A stretch of DNA of 63,331 bases, counting the filler, from Nemertoderma westbladi (taxonomy: Eukaryota; Animalia; Xenacoelomorpha), in assembly GCA_032718475.1 (NCBI GenBank). It is 3 parts of 3 records of this genome, joined end to end, with 100 filler letters (N's around TTAATTAATTAA, not from the genome) between each part and the next. Parts side by side here need not be neighbours in the genome. Positions count along the whole stretch, not along the records: positions 44,861 to 63,331 come from JAUCBJ010006507.1; 2 more parts are not named here. The stretch is one strand, 5' to 3'. Shown one piece after another: positions 48,879 through 60,042 of this stretch. How positions within the stretch are numbered: position 1 is the first letter of the stretch; every line of letters starts with the position of its first letter. The notes beneath the pieces were generated by a model. The model searched no databases and was not told the origin of the DNA. It saw nothing but the letters and a program-made list of their open reading frames with translations. A program made the position numbers and the translations under genes.

Positions 48879-51800
48879 CTTGGACGGATCCAGGTTGAAT
48901 GTTGGTCGGATCCAAGTTGTTGGACGGATCCAAGTTGGATGTTGGACGGATCCAAGTTGGATATGGGACGGATCCAAGTTGTTGGACGGATCCAGGTTGA
49001 ATGTTGGTCGGATCCAAGTTGTTGGACGGATCCAAGTTGGATGTTGGACGGATCCAAGTTGGATGTGGGACGGATCCAAGTTGTTGGACGGATCCAAGTT
49101 GGATGTTGGACGGATCCAAGTTGGATGTGGGACGGATCCAAGTTGTTGGACGGATCCAAGTTGGGTGTTCGACGGAGCCAAGTTGGGTGTTGGACGGATC
49201 CAAGTTGGATGTGGGACGGATCCAAGTTGTTGGACGGATCCAAGTTGGGTGTTCGACGGATCCAAGTTGGATGTTGGACGGATCCAAGTTGGATGTTGGA
49301 CGGATCCAAGTTGGATGTGGGACGGATCCAAGTTGGATGTGGGACGGATCCAAGTTGGATGTGGGACGGATCCAAGTTGTTGGACGGATCCAAGTTTGGT
49401 GTTCGACGGAGCCAAGTTGGATGTTGGACGGATCCAAGTTGGATGTTGGACGGATCCAAGTTGGATGTGGGACGGATCCAAGTTGTTGGACGGATCCAAG
49501 TTGGGTGTTCGACGGAGCCAAGTTGGGTGTTGGACGGATCCAAGTTGGATGTTTGACGGATCCAAGTTGGATGTTGGACGGATCCAAGTTGGATGTTGGA
49601 CGGATCCAAGTTGGATGTTGGACGGATCCAAGTTGTTGGACGGATCCAAGTTGGATGTTGGACGGATCCAAGGTGGATGTTGGACGGATCCAAGTTGGAT
49701 GTTAGACTGATCCAAGTTGGTGGACGGATCCAGGTTGAATGTTGGTCGGATCCAAGTTGTTGGACGGATTCAAGTTGGATGTTGGACGGATCCAAGTTGG
49801 ATGTGGGACGGATCCAAGTTGTTGGACGGATCCGGGTTGAATGTTGGTCGGATCCAAGTTGGGTCTTGGACGGACCCAAGTTGGGTGTTGGACGGATCCA
49901 TGTTGGATGTGGGACGGATCCAAGTTGGATGTTGGACGGATCCAAGTTGGATGTTGGACGGATCCAAGTTGGATGTTGGACGGATCCAAGTTGTTGGACG
50001 GATCCAAGTTGGATGTTGGACGGATCCAAGCTGGATGTTGGACGGATCCAAGTTGGATGTTGGACGGATCCAAGTTGGATGTTGGACGGATCTAAGGTGG
50101 ATGTTGGACGGATCCAAGTTGGATGTTAGACTGATCCAAGTTGTTGGACGGATCCAGGTTGAATGTTGGTCGGATCCAAGTTGTTGGACGGATCCAAGTT
50201 GGATGTTGGACGGATCCAAGCTTTTGGACGGATCCGGGTTGAATGTTGGTCGGATCTAAGTTGTTGGACGGATCCAAGTTGGGTGTTGGACGGATCCAAG
50301 TTGGGTCTTGGACGGATCCAAGTTGGGTGTTGGACGGATCCATGTTGGATGTGGGACGGATCCAAGTTGGGTGTTGGACGGATCCAAGTTGGATGTGGGA
50401 CGGATCCAAGTTGGGTGTTGGACGGATCCATGTTGGATGTGGGACGGATCCAAGTTGGGTGTTGGACGGATCCAAGTTGGGTCTTGGACGGATCCAAGTT
50501 GGGTGTTGGACGGATCCATGTTGGATGTGGGACGGATCCATGTTGGGTGTTGGACGGATCCAAGTTGGGTTTTGGACGGATCCAAGTTGGGTCTTGGACG
50601 GATCCAAGTTGGGTGTTGGACGGATCCATGTTGGATGTGGGACGGATCCAAGTTGGGTGTTGGACGGATCCAAGTTGGATGTGGGACGGATCCAAGTTGT
50701 TGGACAGATCCAAGTTGGATGTTGGACGGATCCAAGTCGGGTGTTGGACGGATCCAAGTTGGGTGTTGGACGAATCCAAGTTGGGTGTTGGACGGATCCA
50801 AGTTGGGTGTTGGACGGATCCATGCTGGATGTTGGACGGATCCAAGTTGGGTGTTGGACGGATCCAAGTTGGATGTGGGACGGATCCATGTTGGACGGAT
50901 CCAAGTTGGGTGTTGGACGGATCCAAGTTGGATGTTGGACGGATCCAAGGTGGATGTTGGACGGATCCAAGATGGATGTTAGACTGATCCAAGTTGTTGG
51001 ACGGATCCGGGTTGAATGTTGGTCGGATCTAAGTTGTTGGACGGATCCAAGTTGGGTGTTGGACGGATCCAAGTTGGGTGTTGGACGGATCCAAGTTGGA
51101 TGTGGGACGGATCCATGTTGGACGGATCCAAGTTGGGTGTTGGACGGATCCAAGTTGGATGTTGGTCGGATCCAAGGTGGATGTTGGACGGATCCAAGTT
51201 GGATGTTGGACGGATCCAAGTTGTTGGACGGATCCAAGTTGGATGTTGGTCGGATCCAAGGTGGATGTTGGACGGATCCAAGTTGGATGTTGGACGGTTC
51301 CAAGTTGTTGGACGGATCCAAGTTGGATGTTGGACGGATCCAAGGTGGATGTTGGACGGATCCAAGATGGATGTTAGACTGATCCAAGTTGTTGGACGGA
51401 TCCAAGTTGGATGTTGGACGGATCCAAGTTGTTGGACGGATCCGGGTTGAATGTTGGTCGGATCTAAGTTGTTGGACGGATCCAAGTTGGGTGTTGGACG
51501 GATCCAAGTTGGGTGTTGGACGGATCCAAGTTGGGTGTTGGACGGATCCAAGTTGGGTGTTGGACGGATCCAAGTTGGATGTGGGACGGATCCATGTTGG
51601 ACGGATCCAAGTTGGGTGTTGGACGGATCCAAGTTGGATGTTGGTCGGATCCAAGGTGGATGTTGGACGGATCCAAGTTGGATGTTGGACGGATCCAAGT
51701 TGTTGGACGGATCCAAGTTGGATGTTGGACGGATCCAAGGTGGATGTTGGACGGATCCAAGATGGATGTTAGACTGATCCAAGTTGTTGGACGGATCCGG

Positions 51801-53108
51801 GTTGAATGTTGGTCGGATCTAAGTTGTTGGACGGATCCAAGTTGGGTGTTGGACGGATCCAAGTTGGGTGTTGGACGGATCCAAGTTGGATGTGGGACGG
51901 ATCCATGTTGGACGGATCCAAGTTGGGTGTTGGACGGATCCAAGTTGGATGTTGGTCGGATCCAAGGTGGATGTTGGACGGATCCAAGTTGGATGTTGGA
52001 CGGATCCAAGTTGTTGGACGGATCCAAGTTGGATGTTGGTCGGATCCAAGGTGGATGTTGGACGGATCCAAGTTGGATGTTGGACGGATCCAAGTTGTTG
52101 GACGGATCCAAGTTGGATGTTGGACGGATCCAAGGTGGATGTTGGACGGATCCAAGATGGATGTTAGACTGATCCAAGTTGTTGGACGGATCCAAGTTGG
52201 ATGTTGGACGGATCCAAGTTGTTGGACGGATCCGGGTTGAATGTTGGTCGGATCTAAGTTGTTGGACGGATCCAAGTTGGGTGTTGGACGGATCCAAGTT
52301 GGGTGTTGGACGGATCCAAGTTGGGTGTTGGACGGATCCAAGTTGGGTGTTGGACGGATCTATGTTGGATGTTGGACGAATCCAAGTTGGGTGTTGGACG
52401 GATCCATGCTGGATGTTGGACGGATCCAAGTTGGGTGTTGGACGGATCCAAGTTGGATGTGGGACGGATCCATGTTGGACGGATCCAAGTTGGGTGTTGG
52501 ACGGATCCAAGTTGGATGTTGGTCGGATCCAAGGTGGATGTTGGACGGATCCAAGTTGGATGTTGGACGGATCCAAGTTGTTGGAAGGATCCAAGTTGGA
52601 TGTTGGACGGATCCAAGGTGGATGTTGGACGGATCCAAGATGGATGTTAGACTGATCCAAGTTGTTGGACGGATCCAGGTTGAATGTTGGTCGGATCCAA
52701 GTTGTTGGACGGATCCAAGTTGGATGTTGGACGGATCCAAGTTGTTGGACGGATCCGGGTTGAATGTTGGTCGGATCTAAGTTGTTGGACGGATCCAAGT
52801 TGGGTGTTGGACGGATCCAAGTTGGGTCTTGGACGGATCCAAGTTGGGTGTTGTACGGATCCATGTTGGATGTGGGACGGATCCAAGTTGGGTGTTGGAC
52901 GGATCCAAGTTGGGTGTTGGACGGATCCAAGTTGGGTGTTGGACGGATCTATGTTGGATGTTGGACGGATCCAAGTTGGGTGTTGGACGGATCCATGCTG
53001 GATGTTGGACGGATCCAAGTTGGGTGTTGGACGGATCCAAGTTGGATGTGGGACGGATCCATGTTGGACGGATCCAAGTTGGGTGTTGGACGGATCCAAG
53101 TTGGATGT
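48879..53108. repeat. Satellite of 22/18-bp units (TTGGACGGATCCAAGTTG[GATG]) with higher-order ~790-bp duplications
   Basis: Directly visible. BamHI site in nearly every unit. Variant blocks recur at 50981 and 51771. Confidence 0.97.
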
Positions 53109-53605
53109 CCTTATTTCTCACACGTGTTGTTGTTTGTTTGTTTGTATGTTTGTACACACAACTTCTTGCACTTAATGTTGATGGAATTGGATGAAACTTT
53201 GATGATAGGTTCATTATCGAACCTAGTTGTGTTGTAAAGTATTGGTTGAGGGATCTGTTGGTTGCCTAGCAACAGTGAAATTAATTCTAGAATGACCGAT
53301 GATGATCGTAGAATTCACTCAATCAAAATTCTGTCGGCACCCCATAGGGAGCATCTATTGGACATGCTTTCTGCAAAATTTCGTCTTATATTTCGTTTAG
53401 AATTGTAGGAGAAGATACATTTCTTACAAACTGTGTTTTTTGAACATACAATATAGGCCTACTATTGTGTACTTTGCCCAATATTTCGTTTTTCAGTATT
53501 AGGCTGCCCTGCATGCATAGGCGCGAAATTTTCGACAACAATATTGATATCAATGGATCCGTCCATTATTGTCAGCTCAGTTGTCCTCTCAGTCTCGCAG
53601 CTTTC
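53090..53605 (+). mobile_element. Helentron/HINE-like element body adjoining the satellite
   Basis: GTTT microsatellite and ATGAAACTT motif near the 5' end. TGGATCCGTCCA at 53554-53565 is the reverse complement of the satellite core. Confidence 0.55.
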
Positions 53606-54926
53606 AACATCCAAAATTAAATTTTCCCGAACGTAAATCCGCCATAACTAATTATTAAACTCAGAAAATTATGTGAATATCGCTGAGATAAGGGTGTTCA
53701 AAAGTCACATGATTTTGCAACTGCTCAAGTCTATATTATTATATTTAATATATACACCATACAATATTATGGGACAATTTGTTTATCTCATACCAAGGCG
53801 TCCTTTACAAGCACACTGGCGTAAAGGTCGCCCATGTGAAGAATACCAGGATTTCACTTTTCGGTCGACTTTAAATTGTAATTTTATATATGAAATTTTT
53901 TTATGTTTTTTTTATTTATCTTCATTAAGTGTTTTATAGCGCTTATTTCTGTCTTATAACCTGTACAATTGTACATATACTACAGTAATACATTTATTGT
54001 TTTGGTTAGATTCAGCCCTTCTGTAACCTGTGTTTTTGGTGAAAACCTGGTATACTTCACATGGTGGTAACTGCTGGTGTCCGTTAATTATTTAATTATT
54101 GTAATGATATGTTACGTTATTGGTCTTAAAATAAAATTACAATAGTGCCAAAAATTGGGGATAACGTGTTGAGAAATGCGAGTCAGTGAAAATTTGAGAA
54201 GGAATTAATATCAATAGAAACGTTGCCGATACCGTACCACCGATACCAAAAATTGTGTTGTGCCTGTTTGGAACAATCTACCTTACGTTACAGTAACTGC
54301 CCCCTCAGTTGAATTGTTCAAACGCCATATTTATGTGTGCGATTTTAACAATTGGATTAAATTTGACCGCAATTTGTAACTATGCCAATTTATAATTATT
54401 TTCTATTTCGCATATCATTAGTTCTATCTGAGTTCAACTCTTTTTAGCGGTCTACACTTTTATTTTAACATGTAATAATATTTTAGCGTATTTTAATTTC
54501 GTTTTTAATCTTATTTTAATATGGTGCCATAGTATAAGTCGCTTTGTTTTATTCACTGTTCAACTTTCCCCTGTTTTATTTTATTATGTGCAGTTTTATT
54601 TATACGCTTCTATGACAGCGGTGTCTCCACCCAAATAATATAATAATAATAATAATAATAATAACCAGGATTAGGATACTGGGATACTAAACAGCGATAC
54701 CTATCGCTATCAACCATCAACAGTTTGTGGTTTGGGCCTACCTACCTACCCCAGTTGCCAGTAGGGAGTACCCATCAACAAATCACCCATCGCCATCCTA
54801 CCCTCCAGTTCTACAACAGTCTGAAAGTACAGCAGTAGGCCTACTACTGTACTACCGTAAATACAGTCAGACAGTGGAGCAGTGAGTAGGTACGGAAATA
54901 AAACAGTACTGCAGTAAAATCTGAAA

Positions 54927-55532
54927 ATGTCGGGCGAAGGTTACGACTACCAGCGCCGATCCTCAGTGGACGACGAACTTGTTCAAGAAATGCGGGCGAT
55001 GTTCGACAATTGCGACACGAACCACGACGGTAAGATTGACAGTTGCGAGCTGTCCGAGATGTTCCAAGTGGCGGGAATTAAACTCCCGGGCTACAGACTC
55101 CGGGAAATAGTCGACCGAATAGATCGAGACAACGATCATAAAATCAGTTGGTTCGAACTCTTGAAAATGGTCACAGAGTTTAAAGATCGCGACGTAGCGA
55201 ATACCTTTATTAACATAGTGAGGGAGCGACCGGGGGTTGTGAGTACCGGCGGGACGAGCGAAGTGAGTGCGATGGGAACTACGCACGCGTTCAGCCACGA
55301 GGAGAAACACGCCTTCTCTGAGTGGATAAACAACCATCTGAGTGGCGACCCGGACTGCGCTCATCTGCTGCCCATCGCCTCGGACACAGAGGATCTATTC
55401 GCTAAGGTCGCCGACGGAATTCTCTTCTGTAAGATTATAAATCTATCCAGTCCCGATACGATTGACGAACGGGCCATTAACAGAAAACATGGAAAAACTT
55501 CCATAAATGTTTATAAAGCAACCGAAAACCAG
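54927..55532 (+). CDS. PLS: Plastin/fimbrin, exon 1 (two EF-hands, start of CH1)
   Basis: DTNHDGKIDSCEL and DRDNDHKISWFEL EF-hands; GGTSEVSAMGTTHAFSHEEKHAFSEWIN; DGILFCKIINLSSPDTIDERAIN. Donor CAG|GTGGGT, phase 0. Confidence 0.95.
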
Positions 55533-55973
55533 GTGGGTGGATTCAGGATGAATCGTTTAGCAGTTTAGCCCTAGTCATATAAATATTGATTAATACCGGT
55601 ATGACTTTCAGACTTCTCAAATCAGCAAATAAGATGTTGAGATTCTATGATGTTGTTTCGTTTTGGTCAGTTGGTATTAACAGCCTATTAAACACCAGCT
55701 GAGTTGTGTTGTTATAACGAGATCGGGACACACATTTTCGGGATCAGGATTATTAACTTTATTGTAGATTACTGGATTATAGCCAAATCCCAGGTTAAGA
55801 TCCCTTACATAGATGGCCTAACAAAAAAACTTTCAGTGGCGGTGGCAAGACACAGACTATTGTTGACAGTAGTCTGTAGGGTTCACTTGGGTGCGACTGT
55901 CACCGTCTCCCTTTATGATGACCTATTACCATTTATTACTAATATTAAATAAATATTTATTACTATTACCCAG

Positions 55974-57263
55974 GTATTGGCCATTAATTCGGCTAGTTCT
56001 ATCGGTTGCTCCACCGTTAACATCGGTGCGGAGGACTTAAAGAAAGGAACCCCCCATCTGGTACTCGGCCTCATGTGGCAGATCATACGGATCGGTCTGT
56101 TCTCCAAGATCGATTTGGTCCACAACCCGGGGATAATGAAACTCCTCAAGGACGGGGAGGACCTAGCTGAGATGATGCGACTGGCCCCGGACGAGATCCT
56201 AATCCGATGGGTCAACTACCACCTCGCCAACTCCGGCTCCGACCGGCGTATCGCCAACTTCTCGGGGGACATTGCCGACTCGGAGGCCTACACCATCCTC
56301 CTCCAGCAGATCTCACCCGCGGAGGCCGGCAACGGTCTGGGTCCGTTGGGGGAGTCGGATCTCAGACAACGCGCCGAGTTGATGCTGCGGAACGCGGACA
56401 GGATCGGTTGTCGGGAGTTCGTGACCCCCAACGATGTCGTCAACGGTAACCACAAGCTCAACCTCGCCTTCGTTGCAAATCTCTTCAACAACTTCCCTGC
56501 GTTGAAAGGAGACGATGTAGAGGGTTTGGAAGAGATAGTGGAGGAGACAAGAGACGAGAAGACCTTCAGGAACTGGATCAACTCGTTGGGTTTGGGTACC
56601 AGTTACGTCGGTAACATCTACACGGATCTCATCGACGGGTTCATCTTTCTCAAGCTCTTCGACGTGGTGCGTCCCGGGTCCGTGGACTGGGCTCATCGGG
56701 TCAACGTGCCGCCCTACAAGAAGCTCGGCGGTCAGATGAAGAAGATCGAGAACTGCAACTACGCGGTCGAGTTGGGGAACAAGTTCGGGTTCTCTTTGGT
56801 CGGAATCGACGGCAACGATCTCCATCAGGGGATTCAGAACCTCACGCTGTCTGTAGTCTGGCAGCTTATGCGCGCTTACACGCTGTCTATACTGCGGAAG
56901 ATCGCGGACACCAAGGACCAAGACATGGACAGGTACATAATCGATTGGGTTAACGAGAAGCTGGAGTCTGCGGGTAAACCGAGTCGGATCGCCTCGTTCA
57001 AGGATCCCTCGATAGCGGACGGGTTCCCGGTGCTGGATCTCATCGACGCGATCCAACCCGCCGCCATCAACCCGTCCCACGTCCGCGTGGAGTCGCCGCT
57101 CAGCGGGGAGGACCGTCTCAGTAACGCGAAGTACGCCGTCTCTATGGGGCGACGGATCGGGGCGCGGATCTACGCGCTCCCCGAGGATCTCGTCGAGGTT
57201 CAATCCAAGATGGTACTCACCGTGTTCGCCTGTCTCATGGTCCGCGGTCTTCAGAATAAATGA
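55974..57263 (+). CDS. PLS: Plastin/fimbrin, exon 2 (CH1-CH4)
   Basis: Acceptor CCCAG|GTA TTG. Splicing gives ENQ-VLAINSASSIGC and a 631-aa protein ending MVLTVFACLMVRG. AATAAA at ~57560. Confidence 0.95.
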   Translation, partial: VLAINSASSIGCSTVNIGAEDLKKGTPHLVLGLMWQIIRIGLFSKIDLVHNPGIMKLLKDGEDLAEMMRLAPDEILIRWVNYHLANSGSDRRIANFSGDIADSEAYTILLQQISPAEAGNGLGPLGESDLRQRAELMLRNADRIGCREFVTPNDVVNGNHKLNLAFVANLFNNFPALKGDDVEGLEEIVEETRDEKTFRNWINSLGLGTSYVGNIYTDLIDGFIFLKLFDVVRPGSVDWAHRVNVPPYKKLGGQMKKIENCNYAVELGNKFGFSLVGIDGNDLHQGIQNLTLSVVWQLMRAYTLSILRKIADTKDQDMDRYIIDWVNEKLESAGKPSRIASFKDPSIADGFPVLDLIDAIQPAAINPSHVRVESPLSGEDRLSNAKYAVSMGRRIGARIYALPEDLVEVQSKMVLTVFACLMVRGLQNK

Positions 57264-58097
57264 GTGGGGGATTCTGCGGTTTGGTTTTAATTCATCTACG
57301 ACTGCGCTATTAGAGTTGAGTGAATTTAGTCTGTATTAATTAATTAATTAGTTAGTTACGCCACCTCCCATTCCTTTTTTCCTCGCTTACGCCGCACTCC
57401 ATTCCTAAATAACTCCCAATTATTATACTTTGTAATTATTTTATTCTGTTACTAAGATTTGTCAGCGTTTTTGTATTAATTACTAATTGTTATAGTTAAT
57501 TGCTTTCCTACTAAATTCCAACGCGCTCTTGGGTGATATGGTTGCCATAATTTATGTTCAATAAATATAATATTTGTTACAAGAGTTACTCGTTATGAAC
57601 TTCGGTTCTCTATAATATATTATCTGTGCGATAAAATGCTTTTACCGTATATTATCGTGTTAAGGTAATCAGTTCCATCTTTATACTGTTGAGAGTGATC
57701 TTTATTTCTTCCAAATAAATTAATTTTTTTACCAGAATTTACAATATAACCAACTAACTAATGTTCCCTTTCATTTATTACATTATTATTTTTTATTATT
57801 GTTGACTTCGGCTTAGTGTTTGAGACCTTCGCTATTGTAACAGTGTAAGCCAATGTCGTCGACAATCGTATATTGTGTATTCGGAAAGCAATAAGTTGCT
57901 TGTCGTATTACGTGTGGCTGTCTAGGGTTTATGACGTGTGTCTGTCTTCTATATTGCGTGGATATTGGATTATGTGTAATCTTATGTAGTTTATAACATT
58001 TAACTGTGGATATACCTTGAGTTATTGTACCGCCACAGGTTATGTTCTACCACCACAGTACTGGTATTATGGGTATTACACCCTTATTTTTATATGT

Positions 58098-58241
58098 TGT
58101 ACTTGTACCAACACAGGTTATGTTGTACCAACCAGGTTAATGTTGTACCAACACAGGTTATGTTGTACCAACCAGGTTAATGTTGTACCAACACAGGTTA
58201 TGTTGTACCAACCAGGTTAATGTTGTACCAACACAGGTTAT
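58098..58241. repeat. 20-bp tandem repeat in alternating 40-bp dimers
   Basis: GTTGTACCAACACAGGTTAT / GTTGTACCAACCAGGTTAAT. Confidence 0.9.
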
Positions 58242-60042
58242 ATTATCTACTTCCAGGCCACACGATATGGTGTATTAATAGTAACATTATAATTCCATTT
58301 ACTATGATTTCATTCCAAAGCCTTTCAAACTTGATTATCATTCTAAATGATTTATTATTGTCTGCAGTTCAATACCAATGTTAACAAGAGAGTGCACAAA
58401 GTATATGTAACTAAGTCTTGGTTGGTTGCTGAGGCGAATTTATGTAACTAATTAATTTAATTACTAATTTATTATTGCTGATGTATAATATACAGTGCGG
58501 TTGTTTGTAGAATATAGTAGAAATCGTTGCTGTTCACTGTGTCTGCACTATTGTTTTAGGAGCTTGTATTTACGTGCCAGATTCGTATTGCTTTGTAATT
58601 AATTGCGCTTTTATATGTAACTGAATACCCTACTCACTCTAAACAGCGCCCATCACCCTATACGACTTTATTACTTACCATAGCAGGCCAGTGCCAACTC
58701 AAGTAAAATATATATCTGCTACCTGAGCAATCGATTTGTCCATAAAAAGTTACAAGTTATACCTAAATTATATGGAATAATCTGGTTATGCAAGACAATT
58801 CAACAGCAATTATATAGAGACAATATTCACAGGATAGCTAGTACGATCGCATACATAACTTGCAATCGGTGCTCTTCCCATTAGAATAATAGTGAATAAA
58901 ACGTTCTGGAACACACCCCTGCAGGATCGTTTCATATAAAGTTCTGCTTAGGAAAAGTCTCAGTGATGCCAGTTGGGCATCAGTCGTATTTTGATCACAA
59001 TATTACTTAGGCCTACCAAAAAATATCAGCCAAAACATTTTACGATAAAACCATGACCACACAAAGGTACAAAGCAATCTCCCGCACTATTCCGCCAACC
59101 TCAGCTCTCCTTAATATCCTAACGTTACAAAAACGTCCGCCATACATCCGTACATACCTGATAGTTTTCACACAAGTCCCACTAGATATTGCCTTGATCC
59201 TACCATTAGGAACATTTGTAGTCATCGTACTCTCAAACAATCTACTGTCCCAAGGTGGGTCTGTGTGCCAACACACACCTGTCTGATCTTCAAAACTATT
59301 ATCCATCCATCGAATGCGAACCTTGACAACTTTTGCGTATTATTAGTTTTGGTTTAGTTGATTAATTCTGATTTTAATTGTTTGGACATTATCATTGTGT
59401 GGGCGTTTATTGCTATTTAACACGTGTGTTGTTGTTTATTGTGCTAACTACATAAATATACATTTTTGGTGATTATTGTATTTTGTATTAAAAGCCTGAA
59501 CAATATTATTATAATATATTATAACTAGAGTTTATAAACAATATTCTATAGCGTTTTCGGTATTGTTTTTCATTTAGACAAACACAGCGGTCCAATGAGC
59601 AATAAAGTTAATGCAGCCTCATTAAATACAAGCAGTTTGAGAAAGGGATAAATAAGTCTGCGGGAGTGAGATAAATAAATAACTCGCGGTGTAAATAATT
59701 CCGATGTTAATTGGACCTAAACACTTTATACGTCATATACATTCGAATCTTTCGTGCTGTCAGCCCATTCAAAGTATATTGTTAATCCGTCAGTGTTACA
59801 GACTGCATTGTTATAGACTTCCCATTTCGATATATCCAGCTGGGAGGTCTCGGGTTCGACACCTTCTGGGGGAGGGAATGTTGGTATAAATAATAAAATA
59901 GAACGTAATTATGTAGAAGCGCATCTATTATTTATTACAAATTATTATTATATCTAAAAAATTCAATTATCATGTAGTTAATAAACTTAATATTATAATA
60001 TTGCAAAGTAAGATTAATATTCTATTGGAATAATAATTAGCG

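Noticed and set aside
48737-53237. Dozens of overlapping ORFs in all six frames
   Set aside because: Shadow translations of the 22/18-bp satellite; no frame is preferred.
54745-54796. Candidate first exon of the LAMP-like gene (MAMGDLLMGTPYWQLG, minus strand)
   Set aside because: Not signal-peptide-like, and the donor phase does not clearly match exon A. Cannot be supported without transcripts.
56313-57203. 296-aa antisense ORF within plastin (and similar ones within DNAJC11, WD40 and gag)
   Set aside because: Expected shadow of GC3-rich coding sequence on the opposite strand; no recognisable motifs.
59040-59306. 88-aa minus-strand ORF between plastin and DNAJC11
   Set aside because: No recognisable domain or convincing splice-site pair; left unassigned.
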